DNA from: an uncultured cyanobacterium
GTDB lineage: Bacteria > Cyanobacteriota > Cyanobacteriia > Cyanobacteriales > Nostocaceae
Assembly: GCA_963706595.1 (NCBI GenBank)
Contig: OY970166.1
Coordinates: forward strand, 416,001-480,000
Direction: 5' to 3'
DNA: 64,000 nucleotides
Shown here: positions 51,738 to 61,588 of the stretch, one piece after another
Position numbering within the stretch: the stretch's first letter is position 1
Layout of the letters: each line of letters begins with the position of its first letter
Notes under the pieces: generated by a model
Seen by the model: only the letters and a program-made list of their open reading frames with translations
Told to the model about the DNA's origin: nothing
The model's database searches: none
Position numbers and translations under genes: made by a program

Positions 51738-54700
51738 ATGAATCCCCAAAATTCTCATAGTCAAGAATTAATTCATCAGCTAGAAAAACTTCGACAAGAT
51801 TCTAGATTAACTAGAGTTATCAGTAATGATACAAATAATCATTGTTCTCTTAATTTATGGCTTCTTGAAATAACACAATCCAATTTAACAGAATATAGAT
51901 TGCTATACGGATTGATTATTGCTTCTACTTATTATGATCCCGATAAATGGTCTTGTGCTGATGGAAGTAAAACAACAAAGCCATTCGGAAAAGGAGAGAA
52001 ACAAAATCCCTACAAAGTTCGTATAGCTAAATTAACTCTTTACCATAACAGTGATGTGATTTTTTGTCTTATTAAAGAATTGTGTCAAGGTTTAACCTTA
52101 GCACAAGCTTGTCAAAAGATTAATATAGTTACTCCCACACATAAAAATGATTATGGGAGACTAGAACTTGCTTTAAACCAACAAATTTTAAGTAAGAATT
52201 TTGCTATTCGACCTACAATTTTATTAGAAACTCGAAATAGCAATATAAAGCTATTTCAAGAATTAAAACCTATCACCAGTCCTCTTGATCAAATATCGGG
52301 ATTTTCAGCTTCTCTATGGAATTGTGATAAGCTATCTTTATTTAACCAGCAAAATCAAAATGCTTATTTATCTGATACTGAATTAATTAAACATTGCTTA
52401 TCTCATTTAACACAAGAAACTGGATTAGACTTTTGTCAGGTAGATAGTAAGCGTTTAGGAAATATTGAATGGTTGTGCTTTCCTCTTACAGATGATTATG
52501 AACAAGAAAAAGTTAGCTTTGAGCTAGTAGATAATCATACTATTAAGTTAAAGATATTAACAGATACTTTTAACCCTAATACTGATTTATTAATACGTTG
52601 TCGCTGCTGGAATCAAGAAGAGGTTATTTTAGATAAGTGTAAAAATAGTCATGTTGATACTCAGCAATTAATAGAATTAGACTTTACTAGTAATCAAAAA
52701 TTAGAAGCAGTTATGATAATTGTTTGGGTTAGAGTAGAAGAAAAAGAATTGTGGGAAATTGTTTATGAAAATTTCATCAGTTTAGTAAATGAAATAAATA
52801 CAAGTATAGGTGTAGAAAATCCTAAGATTCAATTACCATTTCCTTCGTTAAAAAGATGGAAGACGGGTAATGTAAAAGCAATCATTGAGAAGAATGAATT
52901 GATTCAACCAGTATATTATGAAAATGTAACTATTAATCAAAACCAACTTTCTCCTTGGAAATCAGCCAATCAAGATATTCGTCAATTAACCAGTAAACTT
53001 TATCCTCAGTCTTCTGGAGGTCAATTTTTTCAAAAAGGTTGGAAAGGAAAAGATTCAAATAGTGATCCAGGTCGGTTAAGCTTTTTAGAATGGCTTAAAT
53101 CTATCACTAAAAATCCTCAATTCAGCAAAGTGTTATTTCTTGATCCTTATTTCGATGCTACTGATATTTTTGAAGTAATCGCCAGAGCAGAAGCCATTCA
53201 AACAGAATATGTAGTTGTTACGAATACACAACATATCTCACAAGACAAATCTTTAGAATTAAAAGCAGCTTGTGAAAAAAATTCACTTTTATTAAAAAAT
53301 TTGAAATTTAAATTATTGGATATCAGAAGTAAGAAAGGAGAAACAGGAAAAAGCAAACAACTATTCCATGATCGTTATATTTTAATTTTTGATCAACAAG
53401 GTAAAGTCAAAACGGGTTATCATCTATCCAACTCTCTTCAAGGTGCAACCAAGGATCATCCTTTACTGATTACTCCAATACCTGATGACATTATCAATAA
53501 TGTTGAATTATATGTTGCTGATTTACTTGAAGAGAATGACCAGCGAGAGGTGAAAACTCTTTTTTCATCTGTTGAACATCAACAAATATCTCGTTCAGCA
53601 CCAAGATCAACTGGACTATCTGCTATTCCTTACAATAATTTATTCTTTGCCGCATTACTGAATGAACATAGTTTGGTTTATCTTAGTCAATCAGATTTAA
53701 TGAATCAACTTCAAAGCAAAGGCATTTTAAAAGAAGATGATAGTTTTATAACTACCCAAGAGATTAATAGTAATATTAATTATTTTAGTCAGTTTATCAA
53801 TCAAGCTAGTCACGAGAATTTCACAAAATTATGGATATCTTTATCATCATTTTTATCAACATTTGATAATGTAGAATACTTGAATGATTTAGTAAGTCAA
53901 CTCAATACAAATCTTTATGTAAAAATTAAAGATTTTTTATTATATTCCTCAAGTTTAGCTCATGAAGAAGTAATTAATACATTAGAATTATCTCAAAATG
54001 GATATGTGAGAGAAGCTATAAATTTAGTTGACAAAGATTTTAAAGATGTACTTAAATATACAAAAATATTTATACAACAATGTGGAACTAACAAGTACAG
54101 TTCTCCTAATAATTGGAGTATCCAATATGGGGGTAAAGTTTTAATTGAAAATTCTCCTCAAGATTTTCTAGACGTGATATCTCATCTATATACGAATTTA
54201 AAAGCTGATCATGAAATCAATTGGCTGAATGCAAGTATTTTATTTTATCTCATCAAACAGTTAGTACAAGAGATTACATACATTTCTATTGGAAATAATA
54301 GAAATGAAAGATTATTAAATTTATTACCTACCAGCAACATTCCCTTAATTAGAGCAATGGGTACACAAAGCTTATGGTTTTCTTTAAACTATAAAAAGAT
54401 TAATTTAAAATTCGCATTGTCTATTGTTAGTCAATTACGGAGTATAGAAGAACAAGTATATTCTTTAGCTGAATGGGTTTACGATTTAAGAATTCAACTT
54501 AATCAAAATTACCCTTTGGAAAAATCTGCCCCAGAAATACTAGGAAAACAGATTTTTGCTCATATTTGTCAATTATGGCAATCTGATTTTTCGCAAACAA
54601 CTTTGCGTAATATTATTGCTCGGTTAAGTGGTCCTATAGACGGTAGTTCGGCTGTTTCTAATAACCGGGACTTCTTATTACCTTTACTCAATGCAGAAAA

Positions 54701-55160
54701 ATTAAATCTCGATAATATTTTGGAATTGTGGTTTGAAATATTATTAGAGCGTTTAAAAATTAATCTAGGTCAAAAAAGCTCAATAGATATTCAACCCTTG
54801 ATTTATCCATACGATTTAGAAATGATAGAAGTTTGTAGTTGGGCGCTTATAAATACCAATGCTGAGAATAGAGATAAATATTTAAAAAATATAACTAAAA
54901 TTTTTAAAGAATGTAAGCATATTTTACAAAAACCTTTTTCCCGTTCTCATAATTATGGTGCTTGGTTTGACGCTTTTGTGCTTATATTGTGGCTTGGTAT
55001 TTTTTATAAATTATGTTTAAAAAATAGTGATTTTGGAGCAGATAATGAATTAAAACAAAATATTCAATATATTGACAACTCAATTGAAAAGATAAATCCT
55101 CATGCAATTAATCCTAACGATTTAACTCAAGATATCCAAAATTATTATTTAATGATGTAG
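51738..55160 (+). CDS. Large AT-rich protein with central PLD-like nuclease motif (VPA1262-like)
   Basis: 1140-aa intact ORF with LDPYF, FHDRYILI and GYHLSNSLQG. Family assignment is from recall, not a search. Confidence 0.7.
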   Translation: MNPQNSHSQELIHQLEKLRQDSRLTRVISNDTNNHCSLNLWLLEITQSNLTEYRLLYGLIIASTYYDPDKWSCADGSKTTKPFGKGEKQNPYKVRIAKLTLYHNSDVIFCLIKELCQGLTLAQACQKINIVTPTHKNDYGRLELALNQQILSKNFAIRPTILLETRNSNIKLFQELKPITSPLDQISGFSASLWNCDKLSLFNQQNQNAYLSDTELIKHCLSHLTQETGLDFCQVDSKRLGNIEWLCFPLTDDYEQEKVSFELVDNHTIKLKILTDTFNPNTDLLIRCRCWNQEEVILDKCKNSHVDTQQLIELDFTSNQKLEAVMIIVWVRVEEKELWEIVYENFISLVNEINTSIGVENPKIQLPFPSLKRWKTGNVKAIIEKNELIQPVYYENVTINQNQLSPWKSANQDIRQLTSKLYPQSSGGQFFQKGWKGKDSNSDPGRLSFLEWLKSITKNPQFSKVLFLDPYFDATDIFEVIARAEAIQTEYVVVTNTQHISQDKSLELKAACEKNSLLLKNLKFKLLDIRSKKGETGKSKQLFHDRYILIFDQQGKVKTGYHLSNSLQGATKDHPLLITPIPDDIINNVELYVADLLEENDQREVKTLFSSVEHQQISRSAPRSTGLSAIPYNNLFFAALLNEHSLVYLSQSDLMNQLQSKGILKEDDSFITTQEINSNINYFSQFINQASHENFTKLWISLSSFLSTFDNVEYLNDLVSQLNTNLYVKIKDFLLYSSSLAHEEVINTLELSQNGYVREAINLVDKDFKDVLKYTKIFIQQCGTNKYSSPNNWSIQYGGKVLIENSPQDFLDVISHLYTNLKADHEINWLNASILFYLIKQLVQEITYISIGNNRNERLLNLLPTSNIPLIRAMGTQSLWFSLNYKKINLKFALSIVSQLRSIEEQVYSLAEWVYDLRIQLNQNYPLEKSAPEILGKQIFAHICQLWQSDFSQTTLRNIIARLSGPIDGSSAVSNNRDFLLPLLNAEKLNLDNILELWFEILLERLKINLGQKSSIDIQPLIYPYDLEMIEVCSWALINTNAENRDKYLKNITKIFKECKHILQKPFSRSHNYGAWFDAFVLILWLGIFYKLCLKNSDFGADNELKQNIQYIDNSIEKINPHAINPNDLTQDIQNYYLMM

Positions 55161-55369
55161 GCACGAATAGACCTAACAATGACGAAACTACAGTTCGATA
55201 TGAGTTTGATAATTGGACATATTTCCTTAAATTCGTAAAAAACTGTAGGCTAAGTACGCGAAATATCTAAATTTAAATATAGTGATACTAAATTGAGTTA
55301 CGAACCCAAATAAAGATCCCCGACTTCTTCAAGAAATCGGGGATTTGAGTCTCTCGGTGTTGACAGTAT

Positions 55370-55915
55370 CTAATCAACTCCGCGCAATTTACGAGTATTG
55401 TCTACTAAACTCTGAGCAAAATTATCAAACCTTTCCGAGAGCTTTTCATCTAGCAACTTCCCTTCAGGACTAAAAGCACTCCAGGCTTTTCCAATAGCAA
55501 TTTGCTCTGGTATGACCCAGCCATGTACCGCTCTGACAATGATCCGCAGGTCATTGAGTGCATTACTATTAGACTGACCTCCCAATATACTAATCAGTCC
55601 GGTGACTTTATCAGAGAGTTCATCAAAACTCATCAAATCCAAAGTATTTTTTAAAACACCACTCACACCGCCATGATATTCTGGTGTCGCTAAAATTAAC
55701 CCATCAGCATTACTCACGGTATCACGCAACCGTTGAACGTCTGGGTATGCTGAATAATCTTTTCCACCATGACACAATGGTAAATTCAATTGGCGCAAAT
55801 CTAAAATTTCTACTTCTGCACCCAGGGCTTCTACCCGTTGTGCTGCTACTTTTAAAGCTATTTGGGTGTAGGAATCAGGTCTTAAACTACCACCAAGTCC
55901 AACAATTTTTACCAT
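55370..55915 (-). CDS. NADPH-dependent FMN reductase
   Basis: GSLRPDS, TPEYHGGVSGVLKN.LD. Confidence 0.93.
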   Translation of the reverse strand: MVKIVGLGGSLRPDSYTQIALKVAAQRVEALGAEVEILDLRQLNLPLCHGGKDYSAYPDVQRLRDTVSNADGLILATPEYHGGVSGVLKNTLDLMSFDELSDKVTGLISILGGQSNSNALNDLRIIVRAVHGWVIPEQIAIGKAWSAFSPEGKLLDEKLSERFDNFAQSLVDNTRKLRGVD

Positions 55916-56211
55916 AATTCACCCATCAACTCAATATTTTGTTACACCACCAGGATATTTAAAAGGCGGAGTCATTACGATTTTATATTAGCGAGTTATA
56001 TTTTTATCGTCAATCAAGATTATTATCTGTAGTTGTGTATCTTAGCACTTAATCTCCCCATCTCCCCTCTCTCTTGGCGATCTACGGTGTACACACAAGT
56101 TGGAAAATATGACCTGCACTCATTTTCTTTTGGTAGGGTGCGTTATGGACTTTAGTCCTAACGCACCGAAAATCTGGGATGGTGCGTTAGCCTTTGGCAT
56201 AACACACCCTA

Positions 56212-56423
56212 CTAGCGTGGCAAGCTTAAAATAGTGCATTAGGAAAAAGCCGAAAACATTGATTTATCTGAATTTTCTCAAAAATCTATTGCAACATTTT
56301 AGCCTTGCCACGCTACTACTGGACTGACAAGCTTAAAATAGTGCATTAGATAAAAGCAGAAAACATTGATTTATCTCAATTTTGTCAAAAATCTATTGCA
56401 ACATTTTAGCCTTGTCACCCCAC
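56212..56423. mobile_element. Two tandem 105-bp MITEs derived from the adjacent IS630
   Basis: 56212-56316 and 56319-56423 share CAAGCTTAAAATAGTGCATTAG / TGCAACATTTTAGCCTTG ends with the IS and are separated by TA. Confidence 0.85.
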
Positions 56424-56425
56424 TA

Positions 56426-57674
56426 CTGGCATGGCAAGCTTAAAATAGTGCATTAGAATGGAGGAAAAAAAAGGAGAAATTGATGGGGAGAGGTCGTAGA
56501 GATAAAGTCATATTAGATACAGAGAAAAGAAAAAGATTAGAAGCGATCGCTCGCAACGGACAGGCCCCAGCCAAAAAAATATTGCACGCACAGGTGTTGT
56601 TAATGTGCGATGAGGGAGAGGGTGCAAGGAAAAAATGGACAGATGAAGAAATAAGTATAGGGTTAAGGGTTCATCGCAATACGGTGGCAAGAATCAGGAA
56701 GAGGTTCCTCGAACAGGGAGAAGAACCTGCCTTAAATCGTCATCAGAGGTTAAAACCACCAAATGTCAGCAAGATAGATGGTCAGACTGAAGCCCAAATC
56801 ATTGCATTATGTTGTTCTGAACCTCCCACGGGGCAAGCACACTGGAGTCTCAGATTACTGACGCAAGAAATTCAAAACCGAAAAATTATCATAGAAATTT
56901 CTAGGGAGACGATTAGAAAGACATTAAAAAAAACAAATTACGCCCCTGGAAAACAGAAAGATTTTGTATTCCCGAACGGGATATAGCACGTTTTGTCTCT
57001 CAAATGGAAGTAGTTTTAGACCTCTACAGCCAAGAACATAGTGATTTGGAACCTTTAATCTGTATGGATGAAGCTTCTAGACAATTAACAGGGCATCTTT
57101 ATGAGCCAAAACCAATGGAACCGGGTGAAGATGCAAAAGAAGATTATCACTATACTCGCGAAGGAGTCCAAGCTTTGTTCATGTTTTTTGACCCGATCAG
57201 AGGTTGGCGACGTGTCAGCAATCGCGCTCATCGGACTCGTGTTGATTGGGCCGAAGAAGTCCGTCAACTATTAGATGAAGACTATCCCCAAGCCACCAAG
57301 GTCAAATTGCTATGTGACAACCTCAACACTCATAGCATTACATCACTTTACGAAGCTTTTCCCGCACCAGAAGCTCACCGCTTGGCTAGGAGACTGGAGA
57401 TTTATTACACTCCTCGCAATGGAAGCTGGCTCAACGTTGCCGAAATTGAATTAAGCGTTTTAAGCCAACAGTGCCTAGACCGACGAATTCCTAGTATTTG
57501 TCAACTATCTAGAGAATTGACCGCTTGGCAAAACGAACGTAACCGCACCGCAGGTAAAGTTATTTGGCGTTTTACTACTGATGATGCTCGTATCAAACTT
57601 AAACATCTTTACCCAGTGTTTGAAACTCACAAAATCGTTGATTCTAATGCAACATTTTAAGCTTGTCACGCCAC
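56426..57674 (+). mobile_element. IS630 family insertion sequence
   Basis: TIRs GGCATGGCAAGCTTAAAATAGTGCATTAGAA / TTCTAATGCAACATTTTAAGCTTGTCACGCC with TA flanks. Confidence 0.92.
56480..57660 (+). CDS. IS630 transposase (HTH and DDE ORFs, frameshift at an A8 run)
   Basis: ORFs 56480-56986 and 57004-57660 (CMDE, DNLNTH, SWLNVAEIE). TTAAAAAAAAC at about 56924-56934. Confidence 0.9.
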
Positions 57675-57676
57675 TA

Positions 57677-57830
57677 CTGGCGTGACAAGCTTAAAATGTT
57701 GCAAAAAATTGTAGGTTGGGTTGACGTAAGGAAACCCAACATCATTGGTCGCGTTGGGTTGCGCTACGCTTAACCCAACCTACGTTTAATGCACTACGTT
57801 TAATGCACTATTTTAGCCTTGCCACGCTAC
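57677..57830. mobile_element. Third IS630-derived MITE (inverted, with REP-like core)
   Basis: Same TIRs in reverse orientation; internal GTAGGTTGGGTT..AACCCAACCTAC. Confidence 0.75.
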
Positions 57831-58032
57831 GGATATTTGATTTTTTCAGAGTGAGTTAAGTAAACAAATGCGTATCCCGAAATACAAGGATAATTTTGAG
57901 GTAAAAAATTCATCTTAAATTCATATTTTTAGGCAAATTGTTATTATTTAGTAAAGGACATTCCCTTGATACAGTAATATTACAGTCACTGTGATATTTG
58001 TTGATTGCTATCTCGCAATCATCATGGGTTGA

Positions 58033-58506
58033 ATGTTTCACCGTTTATTAATTACCTCTTCTTTGCTCTTCACCAGTACCTTCAGTTTTCTCCCATCTGC
58101 ATTAGCTCAAAGCGTTGATATTATCTTCAGTGGTGTTGTTCAAGATTACGCTGTTTTCAGTCCTCCCAGTTGGGGAAAAATAGAAGAATTTGCCTCTACT
58201 AGTCACAAAAGTACAAGAGATTCTAGGACAGTAATTACCGCAGGTTTAAGTATCCAGTCAAGTACATCTACTAATATCACAGTTTCCTCTCTTCAGCCCA
58301 TCTCTGAATCTAAAACTCAAACTAAGTCTTTGGGGACTAGAGATACAGCAGCTTTCAGATTAGGTTCGACTGTAGACAGGAGTGAGTATATCAGCTTAAC
58401 TGCGGGTAAATCTAATTTAGAGATGGATATGTTGATAGAAAAATTAGACGAGTTAAAGGTTGGGGTTGAAACTTATTTAGTCACCGTCACCATCACTGCT
58501 GAATAA
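58033..58506 (+). CDS. Secreted pilin-like subunit
   Basis: Signal peptide ALA|Q, VDIIFSG, C-terminal YLVTVTIT beta strand. Confidence 0.7.
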   Translation: MFHRLLITSSLLFTSTFSFLPSALAQSVDIIFSGVVQDYAVFSPPSWGKIEEFASTSHKSTRDSRTVITAGLSIQSSTSTNITVSSLQPISESKTQTKSLGTRDTAAFRLGSTVDRSEYISLTAGKSNLEMDMLIEKLDELKVGVETYLVTVTITAE

Positions 58507-59212
58507 CATAAACATTCTGGCATTGCTGAAACCAAGTATAAATTTAAATGTAGAGACGTTCCATGGAACGTCTCTACAGGGGTTTTGACATCATCATAAA
58601 TCGTGTTCATACTTCAAATCAGCAACGCCAACATTCGTAATTTGTCCTTTGAACTACAAATTACGAATTACAAACTCGTGAAAAACCTTATGGTTATCAT
58701 TGTATATATTAATATACGGTTTTTTTATCCGTAGGATCAAGTGTTTTATCATATAAGTGCAATTGGACTATCAGAAATTACTAACGCTTTTATCGGGTTT
58801 TTAGTCATACGGCTAGCATTGTAAGTAGCTTTTATTACGAAAAAATCTTTTTCCCCTAGCTTCCAGCACTTTTCATTAGCCTAAAATAGTTAAGTGTTGA
58901 TACTGAGGTAATTGTATTTTTTGCTGGTTATTGTGTATGGAGGTTAGTCGTTCAACCAGTGTGTGTCGCTGATTATTTGGTAATTCAAACTAATTCAACA
59001 CATTGCATAGATTAATTTCATTGATTACTCAATCTGAGAAATTAATTGAAAATGCACATTTGCTGTTTTGGCAACAGCAAATGCACGTATAAAATACAGG
59101 TTGCGTGTAGAAGTGGATAGCTACACGTTGATCTCAATTTGGCTATTGAAACCTAACCTGTTTACTTTTTCGGTTTTTACTACAAAACCATCTACTTTGT
59201 AAGGATATCACT

Positions 59213-59689
59213 ATGTTGCGTCGTTCTTTGTGCGTTTCTGCTTTGATTTTGGCTGGTACTTTGGGTTTTGCTTCTAGCGCTAAAGCACAAACTGCTGATG
59301 TCCCCTTTGCTGGGATTGTCGGTACTTCATGTATTTTAATTCCTACGCCAGGTGTTTTGGTTCCTAATGCAGGCGACACTGCTCTCAGCTCTAGTGAAGG
59401 TACTGGTGCTACTAGTGGTACAGTCACTATTAATTGCAGTGGTAATACTGATGTTAGTGTTGCTCAACCTGTTATCGTTACTGTTCCCACAGACGCAGAT
59501 AGTGCAGTATTAGCGTCAACATTAACAGTTGGCGGTAACAGTATTTCCGGTATTGCTGCTGACATTCTGACATTAGTCTTTCCTGGCTTACCAGTAGTCG
59601 CTGATGTAGATATGACAGCAACTCTTGCAGGCGGCTTGCCAGCTGGTGCTTACAGTTATTCTGTGACTGTAACTGCTGTACCCGATTAG
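59213..59689 (+). CDS. Secreted pilin-like subunit (probable major subunit)
   Basis: AKA|QTADVPFAG.V..SC..C pair, C-terminal LPAGAYSYSVTVT, followed by a hairpin at 59731-59760. Confidence 0.78.
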   Translation: MLRRSLCVSALILAGTLGFASSAKAQTADVPFAGIVGTSCILIPTPGVLVPNAGDTALSSSEGTGATSGTVTINCSGNTDVSVAQPVIVTVPTDADSAVLASTLTVGGNSISGIAADILTLVFPGLPVVADVDMTATLAGGLPAGAYSYSVTVTAVPD

Positions 59690-59849
59690 AATCTTACTCT
59701 GAGGTAAGTTCAAGAATATTCCCTGATCTCTTGCCGCTATCATATCTCATCTGGCGGCAAGAAATTTTCCCCCTGTGGTAATAGAGAAGATTAATTACCA
59801 GATACCCCACCTACACTTCTTTATCTGGGCAATATTGAAAATTTTGCAT

Positions 59850-60004
59850 GGGAGTATCCCAAATGTGCAAGTTTAATTTATGGGATTTTGGCTGACAGAA
59901 GAATGAAAAAACGAACCGCCAAGACGCAAAGAACGCCAAGGAAAGAGGATTTAATCGGTTTTTTGCCTCGGTTTTCTATATTTTTACCAAATTGGAATGC
60001 CCCC
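59850..60004. mobile_element. MITE
   Basis: Imperfect TIRs GGGAGTATCCCAAATG / CAAATTGGAATGCCCCC. Confidence 0.55.
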
Positions 60005-60049
60005 GATAGCAGTAATCTATTTAGCAAAAACATTAATAATGGTCATGTC

Positions 60050-60484
60050 TTGCACAGATTAGGCAAAATGCTATTAGTTACCGGGGGAATTTTAGCAGCT
60101 AATCTGATTTTAGCTCCCCGTGCGTTAGCAGCTTGCACTTTTGAAGAATTTAACTCTGGTCAATTAGTCAGCGTCGGCTCACCTCTAGCAACAAGTTTAG
60201 TCAGTTCTGGGGAGTCTGGAAGTTCTTCTGTGGAGGTTGCTGTTAACTGTGATATTTTGGGCGGTCAATTAACCGTTTTACCTCCAATTCAAAATGAAGG
60301 AATTACCACTGTACCTGCTTTAGCAACTGTCACAAATTTATCTAATGGTCAATCTACTACTAATCTCGTTCCTTTGATTTTGTCTCCTGGTAAAACGGTG
60401 CTTAAGGTTGATATGTCTGTAAATAACGTTGTTCCTTTGAGAGCAGGTACTTATAAATATACTGTTCGACTACAAATACTTTAG
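60050..60484 (+). CDS. Secreted pilin-like subunit
   Basis: TTG at 60050 (or ATG at 60068), signal ALA|, two Cys, C-terminal LRAGTYKYTVRLQ. Confidence 0.7.
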   Translation: MHRLGKMLLVTGGILAANLILAPRALAACTFEEFNSGQLVSVGSPLATSLVSSGESGSSSVEVAVNCDILGGQLTVLPPIQNEGITTVPALATVTNLSNGQSTTNLVPLILSPGKTVLKVDMSVNNVVPLRAGTYKYTVRLQIL

Positions 60485-60494
60485 TTCACTAAAA

Positions 60495-61322
60495 ATGAAT
60501 TTATTAAAGAAGAGAGTTAATCAAGTTTCTGGCGTTTCACAAGCTGCTTTTGGCTTGGCTTTATCGGCGTTGTTGTTATTTCCTAGTGTTGCAAAAGCAC
60601 AAGTAAAGGTTTCACCGTTAGTCATTGAAACTCAAGCACAACGGGGACAAGCTCAAGGTATGGTTTCTATTACTAATATGAGTGATAGTCCATCTCGTGT
60701 TCGTGTTTATGCTGAACCTTTCACTTACAACCCTAATACAGGTTTTGAAACTTTACCTGCTGATACTCCCAATAACCTCACGCCATATCTGCAATTCTCG
60801 CCTCGTGAGTTAACTATTCAACCCAGACAAACTCGACGGGTGCGGATAATTTCTCGCTTGGCTCCTAATTTACCCGATGGTGAATATCGGGCAGCTGTAT
60901 TTAATGAAACTTTAACTGAACAAAAAGATAGTAGTGGCGCAACGGTTACTTTAGCAACTCGTGTGGGTGTAACTGTTTACGTAACTAAAGGTAATGCGTC
61001 TCCTAAGTTAACGGTGGATAATGCTAGTTTTGACTCGAAGCAAGAGATGGTGACACTCAATATTCGTAATACTGGTAAAGCATCGGCTCGTCCTAGTGTT
61101 TCTTGGAAGTTGCAGCGTGGAAATACGGTGGTGAAAACGGGAGAAATAGAATCTATTTCTATTATTGCAGAAAATGAACGTAATTTGTCATTAGATTATC
61201 GCAGTAAAGATGATGCATCTCTGATTCCTGGTAATTATCAACTGAGTGGTGAATTGGTTTGGGATGAAGGTAAAAGTAGAAGTCAATTGCCTTTTAAGTT
61301 AAATTTTACCGTTCCTCGATAA
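60495..61322 (+). CDS. PapD-like periplasmic pilus chaperone
   Basis: Signal AKA|QVKVSPL, LQFSPRELTI.P..TRRVRI, DGEYRA; two Ig-like halves. Confidence 0.82.
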   Translation: MNLLKKRVNQVSGVSQAAFGLALSALLLFPSVAKAQVKVSPLVIETQAQRGQAQGMVSITNMSDSPSRVRVYAEPFTYNPNTGFETLPADTPNNLTPYLQFSPRELTIQPRQTRRVRIISRLAPNLPDGEYRAAVFNETLTEQKDSSGATVTLATRVGVTVYVTKGNASPKLTVDNASFDSKQEMVTLNIRNTGKASARPSVSWKLQRGNTVVKTGEIESISIIAENERNLSLDYRSKDDASLIPGNYQLSGELVWDEGKSRSQLPFKLNFTVPR

Positions 61323-61588
61323 ATGGTCTAAATAAAGTTTAGAACCCCACCCCCAACCCCTCCCCGCAGGCGAGGAGGGGGTATGATATGGCTGATAGAA
61401 TTAGAAAATTTATAGTAACCGTCAATCAGTTGCTAATCCCAAAATACTTTAATTTTACCAGGAATTAGGAATATACATTTATCAATTTTTAGAGTCAATG
61501 TTATTAATATAATTTTTGTTTTAAAAATTGTATTTTTATAGTTATTTAGAAAAAATAGATATTTAAATTTTTGCACCTTTGTAGCAAT

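Noticed and set aside
59888..60049. N-terminal extension of the 198-aa ORF
   Set aside because: It runs through a MITE; the signal peptide starts at about 60050-60068.
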